Virus record (IMG/VR): IMGVR_UViG_3300049028_000001
Origin: a virus
Length of the DNA stretch: 52,963 bases
Direction: 5' to 3' (one strand)
The first letter of the stretch is position 1. Each line of letters begins with the position of its first letter. Both the position numbers and the translations under genes were made by a program. The notes beneath the pieces were generated by a model. That model saw only the letters and a list, made by a program, of their open reading frames with translations. It did not search any database and was not told the DNA's origin. This document shows positions 24,508 to 32,556 of the stretch, piece by piece.

Positions 24508-24656
24508 CATTTGAAGAGTGGTATAAAACTTTAGGAACGGCGGGTAAGAATCAAAATCCCTTTGGAGATTGGTTTGTTGCTATGCAAGAGGCTTATAAAA
24601 AAGGATTTGAAGAGGGTAAGAGAGAAAGTGAGGGCGCCGATGTTAGTGCAAGCTGA
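24504..24656 (+). CDS. mini-ORF b inside the polymerase gap (50 aa)
   Basis: VTFEEWYKTLGTAGKNQNPFGDWFVAMQEAYKKGFEEGKRESEGADVSAS. GTGA coupling to ORF a. Confidence 0.3.
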   Translation: MTFEEWYKTLGTAGKNQNPFGDWFVAMQEAYKKGFEEGKRESEGADVSAS

Positions 24657-25379
24657 CGCGGCGCAACTTTAGAGTGGCGTACTGCGGTAGAACTGAGTAA
24701 TGATGAGGTAGGTCTAGCTGAGATATTAGAGAAACAGGATACGCACAGCCTCAACCAAGTTGCGTTCCAGTTACCATCTAGACTCATTGCTAAGATCTAT
24801 TTGTTTCGTACTATCTTCCGTGGTTCCGGTTGGAGCTTTGCTAATGATCCAAAATTTACTCACGTATCTAGTGATCCTAAATACTGGGATAAGGTAAACG
24901 AGAAATTCTATGCCAAGTACCATGGCTTAGATAAACAACATAAAGTGTGGGCTGACTTAGTAGTCCAAGGAAAGCCTATTGTAGGCCCTTTAGGGCGATT
25001 TTGGCCCATTGATATGGGTACGGACTACCGAGGTAATTTAAAGATCCCATGGACCGTTCTAAGCAATTACCCAGTACAGGGGACTGGGGCCGACGTGATG
25101 ACTATTGCACGTATATCCTTCTTCAATCGTATGAAGAAGTTGGGATTGTTTCAAAAGGGCGTGTTGCTAGTCTCATCAGTGCACGACAGTATTGTAGTGG
25201 ATGCCCCCGAAGAGCTCATTCAGGACATTACGAACCTTTTCCATCAGGTGTTCGATGCGTTGCAGATGAATATCTACAAGGTGTTCGGATATGAATGGCG
25301 AGTACCACTCGCTTGTGAGGTAAAGTATGGACCTAATATGAAATCAATGACAAAGATTGAGAGGACAGATGACATATAA
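24640..25379 (+). CDS. family A DNA polymerase, C-terminal part (motifs A, B, C); reading frame broken after codon 10
   Basis: GAGGG ribosome-binding site 5 nt before the ATG at 24640, giving MLVQADAAQL then TAG (24670..24672). The frame starting at 24672 continues EWRTAVELS...DTHSLNQVAF..RLIAKIYLFRTIFRG (motif B)...VSSVHDSIVVD (motif C). The track calls only 24801..25379. Confidence 0.7.
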
Positions 25380-25569
25380 CTGGCTAGAACATTTAGAAAC
25401 GCTACAGCGTATGGCAGATGAAGGTGAGTCGATATCTTCTATTGCCAAGTCTTTTGGGTTATCCCGTGAACGGGTACGACAGGTGTTTAAGAAGTATGGT
25501 CTTAAACCTAGTTCAAATCCCAAGAGACAAACGACTAATCGACCTACCCACTATAATAAAAAGACTTGA
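25369..25569 (+). CDS. small HTH protein resembling sigma-70 region 4
   Basis: GESISSIAKSFGLSRERVRQVFKKYG is a region-4/LuxR-like helix-turn-helix. The ATG at 25369 has a GAGAGGA ribosome-binding site. Confidence 0.45.
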   Translation: MTYNWLEHLETLQRMADEGESISSIAKSFGLSRERVRQVFKKYGLKPSSNPKRQTTNRPTHYNKKT

Positions 25570-25796
25570 CTTTTGATATGGATTCGGGTAAAATATTAAG
25601 TATAGACTACAGATTATGTTATCAATTTGTCTATTTTAATCGTAACTATTTTAACGATGATATACCAAAACTGCTAACAAAATATGTTGAAGCAGTGGAT
25701 GCGTCAAATCATCATGTACAAACAATCAGAGAACTAAAGAAATCAATCGTGATTCTCGAAGCTGAGAATCGTTTACTCAAGGAGAGCGTTAGTTGA
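25566..25796 (+). CDS. hypothetical protein
   Basis: 76 aa. TTGA start/stop overlap upstream and downstream. C-terminal coiled-coil-like segment. Confidence 0.4.
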   Translation: MTFDMDSGKILSIDYRLCYQFVYFNRNYFNDDIPKLLTKYVEAVDASNHHVQTIRELKKSIVILEAENRLLKESVS

Positions 25797-26338
25797 ACTT
25801 TTCAATTCAGGTAGTACAAGTAGACAAGCAATTCAAGCCAACCGATAAGGGAGGCTATACCCAACTAGAGGTAGCCTTTAAGAACCTCAGTACGGGTAAG
25901 CTAGAGAGTAAGAAGTTAATGAGCTTCACCAAGCCTGAGGGTGTGTATAAAGCCCTAGTGGATGCAAAGCAAGGTGATACCTTCAATATCACCAGTAACA
26001 AGAATGAGAAGTCAGGATACTGGGACTGGGTAGCAGCTACTCAAGGAGCACCAGATCTTCCACAGCAACAACCAACTAAAACTACTGGTATGGGAAATGC
26101 CTCACCTAAAAGCACCTACGAGACCCCCGAAGAACGTGCAAAGAAGCAAGTGTACATTGTCCGTCAGTCTAGTATTAGTAATGCTATCGAGCTTCTTAGT
26201 GTGGGTGCTAAGGCACCCCCTAAGCTAGAAGATGTACTGAAGGTAGCTCAGGATTTTACTGACTTTGTATTCCAACAACAGAAGGAAGATGTATTCAATC
26301 TTCCTAATGATCTTCCACAGGATGTAGAGGTAGAATGA
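25793..26338 (+). CDS. putative ssDNA-binding protein
   Basis: 181 aa positioned between the polymerase and exonuclease genes. It has an OB-like N-terminal half, a P/Q-rich linker and an acidic C-terminal tail (DLPQDVEVE). Assigned by position and architecture only. Confidence 0.4.
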   Translation: MNFSIQVVQVDKQFKPTDKGGYTQLEVAFKNLSTGKLESKKLMSFTKPEGVYKALVDAKQGDTFNITSNKNEKSGYWDWVAATQGAPDLPQQQPTKTTGMGNASPKSTYETPEERAKKQVYIVRQSSISNAIELLSVGAKAPPKLEDVLKVAQDFTDFVFQQQKEDVFNLPNDLPQDVEVE

Positions 26339-26496
26339 TGTATAAGATTATGCGAACTGGTCGTCGGTTTAATACCAAGAGTTATCCAACCTACGAAGAA
26401 GCTCGTAAGGCAGTACGGCGTACTGTAACAAAGCTACTTGGTGGATATGCAGATTCTTTTGGCAGTTTGGGATTCTCTATTCAGAAGATTAAGTGA
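26335..26496 (+). CDS. small basic hypothetical protein (53 aa)
   Basis: MMYKIMRTGRRFNTKSYPTYEEARKAVRRT... ATGA and GTGA overlaps with the neighbours. Confidence 0.4.
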   Translation: MMYKIMRTGRRFNTKSYPTYEEARKAVRRTVTKLLGGYADSFGSLGFSIQKIK

Positions 26497-27242
26497 GAGA
26501 GCTTGCGTTAGTAGATGGGGATATAGTCTGTTACAGATGTGCAGCAACTGCTGAAAACGATCCCGTTGAAGTAGCTGAAGTACGGGTAGATGAATTAATG
26601 AGACGAATCCTTCATGAAACGGATGCTTTGACTTATAAGGCATTCTTAACAGGTAAGGATAACTTTCGTAAGACCCTCTATCCAGAGTACAAAGCGAATC
26701 GTAAAGATAAGCCCAGACCCATCTGGCTACAGGCATGTAGAGATCATCTGATTAAATACTGGAATGCTGTTGTAGTAGATGGTCGAGAAGCAGATGATGA
26801 ACTGGGTATTGAACAAACAGCACACGAATTAGATTCGATTATCTGCTCGATAGATAAGGATCTTTTACAGATTCCTGGATATCATTATAATTTCGTAAAG
26901 AGTGAGCAGCTATTCGTATCGCCTTACGATGGATTACGAAATTTCTACGCTCAGGTAATCACTGGAGACGCCTCTGATTATATCCCAGCATTCGATGGTA
27001 AGTTTCGAACGAGTATACCGAAGTTTGTACAGAAGCTTCTCGATCCCCTATGGGAAATGACTGAAGAGTTGGATATGTACAATCATGCTTTACAGGTGTG
27101 GCTAGACCATTCCTTTAGAGATGGATATGATATTGTCTTGGATGTGCAAACCTATGCAAAGTGTTTATGGATTATGAGAAAGGAAGGTGAGTATTGGCGC
27201 GTACCAGAAGAAAAAGAGACGGACCATATAAATCAAGACTAG
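26493..27242 (+). CDS. T7 gp6-like 5'-3' exonuclease (FEN/PIN fold)
   Basis: VDGDIVCYR, EYKANRK, GREADDELG, CSIDKDLLQIP and ITGDASDYIP parallel T7 gp6 segments MDGDWLVFQ, NYKANRK, EGDDVMG, SCDKDFKTIP and IKGDITDGYSG. Confidence 0.75.
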   Translation: MRELALVDGDIVCYRCAATAENDPVEVAEVRVDELMRRILHETDALTYKAFLTGKDNFRKTLYPEYKANRKDKPRPIWLQACRDHLIKYWNAVVVDGREADDELGIEQTAHELDSIICSIDKDLLQIPGYHYNFVKSEQLFVSPYDGLRNFYAQVITGDASDYIPAFDGKFRTSIPKFVQKLLDPLWEMTEELDMYNHALQVWLDHSFRDGYDIVLDVQTYAKCLWIMRKEGEYWRVPEEKETDHINQD

Positions 27243-27607
27243 AGGATAAGATAGCTGCTGTATTAAAGCACGCTAAACAAGAAGTCAAGTATGAAAAAGA
27301 CAAACTCAAGTATACCGTCGAGCACACCTATAACCCTGACTTTACCTTGGGTAGCAATACCTACATTGAAGGTAAGGGATTGTTTAAAGCCGCTGACAGG
27401 GCTAAACACTTATACATTAAATCACAGCATCCAGAAGTCAAAATCTTTTTCGTCTTTGGTAATCCATACAATCGGCTTAGTAAGGTGTCAAAAACTACTT
27501 ATGCCGAATGGGCAGATAAGCACGGATACCAATGGTGCTCGATTGAAGATTTCAGCAAGTCTAAAGTAAAACAGTGGCTTGATTCCATAAAGGAGAATGG
27601 TAATTAA
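27194..27607 (+). CDS. T7 endonuclease I-like Holliday-junction resolvase
   Basis: YKSRLEDKIAAVL, HTYNPDF and IEGKGLFKAADRAKHLYIKSQHPEVKIFFVF match T7 gp3 segments FRSGLEDKVSKQL, HTYTPDF and VETKGLWESDDRKKHLLIREQHPELDIRIVF. Confidence 0.8.
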   Translation: MARTRRKRDGPYKSRLEDKIAAVLKHAKQEVKYEKDKLKYTVEHTYNPDFTLGSNTYIEGKGLFKAADRAKHLYIKSQHPEVKIFFVFGNPYNRLSKVSKTTYAEWADKHGYQWCSIEDFSKSKVKQWLDSIKENGN

Positions 27608-27797
27608 AGTATACCAAACAATTAAAACAGAAAATGGTACAGTTGAATTTAAAGGTGAGTTATCTCCTGAAGAGGCTGACTACGTAATTACAATGGGCCT
27701 TAATTATCTTCTTCAGCATGGAGCATTACCATTCAAGGCAGTGTCTGATCAAGATGAATTAATGAACTATGTTCCTGGTAACTTTAACGAACAATGA
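27597..27797 (+). CDS. hypothetical protein
   Basis: 66-aa track ORF with coupled overlaps at both ends. Confidence 0.4.
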   Translation: MVIKVYQTIKTENGTVEFKGELSPEEADYVITMGLNYLLQHGALPFKAVSDQDELMNYVPGNFNEQ

Positions 27798-28555
27798 GAC
27801 ATTTGGTACTACCCGATACTCAGATACGACCAGGAGATAATGTAGATTTTCTAGAAGCTATTGGTAACTACATTGTTAAGAAGCAGCCAGAGGTAATTGT
27901 TTGTCTAGGCGACTTCGCAGATATGTCTAGCCTCAGTTCATATGATGTAGGAAAGCGAAGCTTCGAGGGTAAACGATATGTAAAGGATATTGAAGCCGCT
28001 CGTGATGCTATGGGTACCCTCTTAGTTCCTATATGGGAATTTAATAACAGGGCAAGAGAAAATAAGCATCGACAATATAAACCACGAATGGTGATGTGTA
28101 TCGGTAATCACGAACAGCGTATTCACAAAGCTGTAGACAATGACCCCAAGCTAGAGGGTGTGCTCAGTATCAAGGACTTAAGGTATGAAAGTTATGGCTG
28201 GGAAGTATATCCATTTCTTGAAGTCGTGGTTATTGACGGTGTTGCTTACAGTCATTATTTTACCAGTGGTTCTCTTGGTAAGCCTTGTTCTAGTGCTGCT
28301 GTTATGCTTAACAAAAAGCATATGTCTTGTATTGCAGGTCATCAGCAAGGACTACAGATTGCAATGGGCCATCGTGCAGATGGTACCCCTATCACCTCAG
28401 TTATTGCTGGATCTTGTTACGAGCATGATGAAGATTATCTGGGACCACAAGGAAATAAACACTGGCGAGGTGTGCTCGTACTACACGAAGTAAAAGATGG
28501 GGCATTTGATATTATGCCAGTTAGCTTAGCTTATATTAAGAATAAATATACATAA
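27794..28555 (+). CDS. calcineurin-like metallophosphoesterase
   Basis: LVLPDTQ, CLGDFADM (GDxxD), CIGNHEQR (GNHE) and later His residues (AGHQQG, GSCYEHD). Confidence 0.65.
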   Translation: MRHLVLPDTQIRPGDNVDFLEAIGNYIVKKQPEVIVCLGDFADMSSLSSYDVGKRSFEGKRYVKDIEAARDAMGTLLVPIWEFNNRARENKHRQYKPRMVMCIGNHEQRIHKAVDNDPKLEGVLSIKDLRYESYGWEVYPFLEVVVIDGVAYSHYFTSGSLGKPCSSAAVMLNKKHMSCIAGHQQGLQIAMGHRADGTPITSVIAGSCYEHDEDYLGPQGNKHWRGVLVLHEVKDGAFDIMPVSLAYIKNKYT

Positions 28556-28560
28556 AATGA

Positions 28561-29043
28561 ATGACTGGCTACGAACTTACTTACGTGAAAGAGTTAAATA
28601 CAAGATGTCTAAAATTTATAAAGCATTTGAAAACTATGATAGAGTGGGACGGTCTGATTTTACCACCAATTAATCTATATAATGTACCAAAGATGAACGC
28701 AAACGATAAACAAATTGGTGGAGATCACTACAAGAAATATAAGGGACTAGAGCCGTGGGATGTAGTACTAGCTTGGAATCTCGGATACCTAGAGGGCACT
28801 GCTCTTAAGTATATCGCTCGGTGGCGAGATAAGAACGGTATTGAAGACCTGAAGAAGGCTATCCACTTCCTAGAGAAGCTGATTGAAGTAGAAGGTATGA
28901 AACCCCAACCGGGGCAGGTTATGTACAACCAACAAAAGGTAGGTGATGGTACAGTAATATTTCAAGATAAGTCCATATACAAAGATACGATTGAAAAAGA
29001 ATGGTCCCAGCCGTGGGGCTCTGTTCTAGGATCTAAGAAATGA
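28561..29043 (+). CDS. DUF3310-like protein
   Basis: QIGGDHYKK...EPWDVV...GTALKYIARWRDKNGIEDLKKAIHFLEKLI fits the DUF3310 pattern remembered from phage genomes. Confidence 0.5.
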   Translation: MTGYELTYVKELNTRCLKFIKHLKTMIEWDGLILPPINLYNVPKMNANDKQIGGDHYKKYKGLEPWDVVLAWNLGYLEGTALKYIARWRDKNGIEDLKKAIHFLEKLIEVEGMKPQPGQVMYNQQKVGDGTVIFQDKSIYKDTIEKEWSQPWGSVLGSKK

Positions 29044-29351
29044 ACTTTAATCAGTATCAACGGAAGGCGATGAGCTTTCGATTACTAAGTGCCGGATACA
29101 TCTATGCTCTATTAAATCTCAGTGGGGAGGTAGGAGAACTCCATTCCTTGCTAGCTAAGAGCTTACGAGACGGACTTAAAGAAAATCACAAAGAACTAGT
29201 TAAGAAAGAGTTGGGTGATATTCTTTGGTGCCTGGCTGCTGTAGCTGATGATTGTGGATTCAAGCTAGAAGAAGTAGCTACAGGCAACATCGAGAAGCTT
29301 CAAGCACGTAAACAGAATAACACTATTCAGGGGTCAGGGGATGAGAGGTAA
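29040..29351 (+). CDS. mazG: MazG-like nucleoside triphosphate pyrophosphohydrolase
   Basis: GEVGELHSLLAK...VKKELGDILWCLAAVA gives the two EXXE/ELGD helices typical of MazG. Confidence 0.7.
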   Translation: MNFNQYQRKAMSFRLLSAGYIYALLNLSGEVGELHSLLAKSLRDGLKENHKELVKKELGDILWCLAAVADDCGFKLEEVATGNIEKLQARKQNNTIQGSGDER

Positions 29352-29354
29352 CGG

Positions 29355-29516
29355 GTGACGTATCATAATTTAGAAGAACTAAAAGAGTTGATCGCCTCTG
29401 AATTAGATGTAGATCAGATCTTGGATATCTTAGGGTGGGGAACATGGGAGCTAGTAGAAGCTCTTACGGATGAGATCAGGGAAAATCGAGATGACTTTGA
29501 GGATGCTATTAGATGA
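29355..29516 (+). CDS. small acidic hypothetical protein (53 aa)
   Basis: GTG start 4 nt after the MazG stop. Its stop is in an ATGA overlap with the next gene. Confidence 0.35.
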   Translation: MTYHNLEELKELIASELDVDQILDILGWGTWELVEALTDEIRENRDDFEDAIR

Positions 29517-29869
29517 AAGTAATTATTGCTGGTAGTCGTCACATGCCCATAGAAGACTACCCTTTAATTCATAGAGCAGTTTTAGCTTCCGGCTTTAATC
29601 TTACAGAGGTGGTTTCAGGCCATGCCAAAGGGGCAGATCAATTAGGTGAGTTTTATGCCAAACAAAAACAACTTCCTTGTAGAATATTTCCAGCTGATTG
29701 GCATACATATGGTAAAGCGGCAGGTCCCATTAGAAATAAACAAATGATGGAATACTCCGATGCAGCTATTGTCTTTATTTGGGATAATTCTCGTGGTTCT
29801 GCTAATATGATTAAACAAATGCAAGAGAATAATAAACCCGTTTTTATTGTTAAAAATGGGAAATTATAA
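29513..29869 (+). CDS. SLOG-fold / DUF2493 (YspA-like) protein
   Basis: VIIAGSR...VVSGHAKGADQLGEFYA...PADWHTYGKAAGPIRNKQM...AIVFIWD..SRGSANMI follows the DUF2493 pattern. Confidence 0.5.
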   Translation: MKVIIAGSRHMPIEDYPLIHRAVLASGFNLTEVVSGHAKGADQLGEFYAKQKQLPCRIFPADWHTYGKAAGPIRNKQMMEYSDAAIVFIWDNSRGSANMIKQMQENNKPVFIVKNGKL

Positions 29870-30085
29870 ATGAAAGAGAAGACATACAAAGAACGGGATA
29901 ACGAAAAGGCTCGCGGAAAGAAGAGATACCAAGAAAGAGTAATTGAAGAACACGAAGCAGAAAAAGAAATTAAGGAGTTTGATCGACATGAAGATATCCC
30001 CAATGAAAGTAGAACTGATCGACAGTATGGGGTCGGATTTATCTATCGTGAACGCCGCTCGCGTAAGTTTCCACAAGGAGAGTGA
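29870..30085 (+). CDS. highly charged hypothetical protein (overlaps thyX-like start)
   Basis: ATG immediately after the previous TAA. K/E/R-rich 71 aa. Its 3' 98 nt overlap the ThyX-like gene in another frame, so its extent and reality are uncertain. Confidence 0.25.
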   Translation: MKEKTYKERDNEKARGKKRYQERVIEEHEAEKEIKEFDRHEDIPNESRTDRQYGVGFIYRERRSRKFPQGE

Positions 30086-30677
30086 TTGGGAGTATCTATA
30101 TGACAATCACGATGGTCATGGTTTTGGAACCCTGTCTGTAAAAGATCAGAAGCTAATCAACTACCTAGCTACTCATAATCACTGGACTCCTTTTGCTCAC
30201 GCCTTTATGTCGTTCCGAATAAAGGCTCCTATCTTTGTTGCTCGTCAGTTGGTTAAGCATCAGGTAGGCTTGGTATGGAATGAGGTATCTCGAAGATATG
30301 TTGACGACGAGCCTGAATTCTGGTTTCCTATGGAATGGCGGGGAAAACCAGTAAATGCTAAACAGGGTAGTTCAGGTGATGCCCCTCCATATGCATACTC
30401 ACTAGGTATGGAAAAAGTTCTAATTCCTGTATTAGAACAATATAATTGGATGATTGAAACAGGAGTAGCACCCGAACAAGCTCGTATGGTACTACCACTT
30501 AACTGTTTAACGGAATGGATCTGGAGTGGTAGTTTAGTTGCCTTTGCTCGGGTATGTAAACTACGCCTCGATCCGCACGCACAACTTGAATGCCAAGAAG
30601 TAGCAAAGAAGATCTATGACTTGGTTCCAGATGATTTCGAGCACTCATGGAGTGCACTAATGGGAGAAACAAAATAA
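29988..30677 (+). CDS. thyX: ThyX-like flavin-dependent thymidylate synthase homolog (atypical signature)
   Basis: TAAGGAG ribosome-binding site 10 nt before the ATG at 29988. [45 protein letters not shown] and [11 protein letters not shown] align with T. maritima ThyX. The canonical RHR is KHQ here. Confidence 0.7.
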   Translation: [229 protein letters not shown]

Positions 30678-31362
30678 CTGATTTTAATACAGATTTACAA
30701 ACTTACGTATACAAGTCTCGATATGCTAAATGGCTAGAATCGGAAGGTCGTCGAGAGAGTTGGAAGGAGACGGTAACGCGATACTGTGACTTCTTCCAGA
30801 AACGATTCCCTGAGACTTTTCCATATAATGATATTTGGAATGCTATCTACAATCTAGATGTTGTCCCTTCAATGCGGGCTCTGATGACAGCAGGCCCTGC
30901 CTTAGAGCGAGATAATATTGCTGGATATAATTGTAGTTACATTCCGATTATTGATATCCGCTGTTTCGATGAAATCATGTATATCCTGATGTGCGGTACA
31001 GGAGTAGGTTATAGTGTAGAAAGGCAATATGTCAGCAGGCTACCGGACGTGGCAGAGACTTTACATGAAACAGGATCTACAATTCACGTTGCAGATTCTA
31101 AAACAGGGTGGGCCGCAGCATTTCGACAACTCATCTCTCTACTATATGCGGGGCAGATTCCTAAATGGGACACCAGCAAGATCCGACCCGCTGGAGCTAG
31201 ACTTAAAACGTTTGGAGGAAGAGCTTCAGGACCTGGACCCCTGGAAGAGTTATTTACCTTCACGGTTTCCTTATTTAAAAAAGCTGCTGGACGGAAACTT
31301 AATTCAGTCGAAGTTTCTGATCTTGTCTGTAAGACGGCAGAGGTTGTGGTTGTGGGAGGAGT
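30647..31362 (+). CDS. nrdJ: class II ribonucleotide reductase, exon 1
   Basis: VPSMRALMTAGP...GYNCSY...CGTGVGYSV...TFGGRASGPGPL...AEVVVVGGV. The ORF then runs into intron sequence and stops at 31381. Confidence 0.7.
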
Positions 31363-32243
31363 AGAGCCTAAGAAATACTAAGGCTCTCGATTTGAACTGA
31401 AAGGAGAAATCATGGAAAGCTTTAGCGAGTACACAGTTCGTAAACAAAAATTTCGTTATTTAGATTTCAATAAGATTGACAATAAAGACTTAGCCTATGT
31501 ATGTGGTTATCTAGCAGGTGATGGGGCTTTCCTAGCAAATGCTGGTTATCCAAAGTTGTCTTTAAGCTCTGTTGATAAGCATATCATTGAAGCTTTTAAA
31601 GCTTATCTTTGTCCAGATACCTCTATTCAATATGTAGGTAAACATAGTACAGAGAGAGTTAAAGCAGTTAATGATATTTGGAGTATTAATCTTTCTATGA
31701 AAGTGTCTCAGGCATTTAAGCCTTTTGGTATTTTCTGTTATAAGAAAGACCGACGAGTAATAGGCATTCCTAACCATCTCTTTATTCATTACTTCCATGG
31801 GGTAATGGATGCAGACGGCTTTATTGGAATAACTGTTAGACGAGACTGTCGTTTACCTAGAGTGCGGATTTTTATCACTCATGAGAGTGAAAAGTTTCTA
31901 GTAGATTTACAAAATAAACTAGATGAACTTTTTGAGATTCCCTCTACTATTAGACAACATGGTACAGGCTGTTATCGTCTTCAATTACAACATACAGAAA
32001 AGAATAAACTGTTTTTAGATATGTTATATAGTGATACTCCTTTTGTATATTCTAGACAACGAGAAAATGTTTACAGAAATCGTCTAGCTCCAGACGTTGG
32101 GTTAATTGCTGGAAAGCGAAAGCCAATCAGCAGCCAAGCAGTAAGTATACTTGCTGAAGGTTCAGAGACTACCTGAGAAGTATAATCTTCTTAATAACAG
32201 GAAAGAACGCCCAAAACAGAAATGTTAAGATATAGTCCAACAG
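31363..32243 (+). mobile_element. group I intron 1 in RNR gene (carries LAGLIDADG ORF)
   Basis: The 5' exon ends in T (..ggagt) and the intron ends in G (..caacag). The conserved J8/7-P7 element aagatatagtcc lies at 32227..32238. Splicing restores GGV-RRSALICLSNLTDERM in frame. Confidence 0.6.
31412..32176 (+). CDS. LAGLIDADG homing endonuclease (double-motif)
   Basis: LAYVCGYLAGDGAF and YFHGVMDADGFIG are two LAGLIDADG motifs about 100 aa apart. GGAG ribosome-binding site before the ATG. Confidence 0.8.
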   Translation: MESFSEYTVRKQKFRYLDFNKIDNKDLAYVCGYLAGDGAFLANAGYPKLSLSSVDKHIIEAFKAYLCPDTSIQYVGKHSTERVKAVNDIWSINLSMKVSQAFKPFGIFCYKKDRRVIGIPNHLFIHYFHGVMDADGFIGITVRRDCRLPRVRIFITHESEKFLVDLQNKLDELFEIPSTIRQHGTGCYRLQLQHTEKNKLFLDMLYSDTPFVYSRQRENVYRNRLAPDVGLIAGKRKPISSQAVSILAEGSETT

Positions 32244-32556
32244 TAGACGGAGTGCTCTTATCTGTCTTAGTAATCTTACGGACGAGAGGATGCGTAACTA
32301 CAAAAATGGGCAGTGGTGGGTAGATGAGAAACAACGAGCTTTAGCTAACATCTCTGCTGCGTATACTGAGAAGCCAGATATCGGTATTTTCATGAAAGAG
32401 TGGCAAGCACTATATGAATCAAAATCAGGAGAGCGTGGAATCTTTAATCGAGTTTCTGCACGTAAACAGGCAGAAGCTTGTGGACGTAGAGACACAAATC
32501 ATGATTTCGGCACGAACCCTTGCGGGGAAATCATACTCCGACCTTTCGGCTATTGT
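32244..32556 (+). CDS. nrdJ: class II ribonucleotide reductase, exon 2
   Basis: (V)RRSALICLSNLTDERMRNYKNGQWW...SGERGIFNR...TNPCGEIILRPFGYC, which includes the active-site NPCGEI loop. Confidence 0.7.

Noticed and set aside
24360-24639. The polymerase gap as a group I intron or as a T4 gene-60-type bypass (the upstream ORF ends GGA-TGA)
   Set aside because: There is no agatatagtc-type core element and no obvious P1-P9 pairing, in contrast to the two RNR introns. There is no matching GGA landing codon next to the restart. The gap contains two coupled, protein-like ORFs, and the restart has its own ribosome-binding site and ATG. I cannot exclude a novel element without RNA data.
24654-24656. 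TGA read-through or alternative genetic code joining mini-ORF b directly to the polymerase C-terminal frame (both are in the same frame)
   Set aside because: The resulting sequence ...GADVSAS-x-RGATLEWR places the only Asp 11 residues before the Glu, so it does not reproduce motif A. The +1-offset frame gives VQADAAQL, which matches T7 VQAGIDASGL. TGA is also used as an ordinary stop throughout the genome.
25566-25594. Promoter-like TTGACT-17-TAAAAT
   Set aside because: It coincides with the TTGA-coupled start of ORF 25566..25796. A transcript starting here would remove that ORF's only start codons. It may be an internal promoter, but the evidence is too ambiguous to list as a feature.
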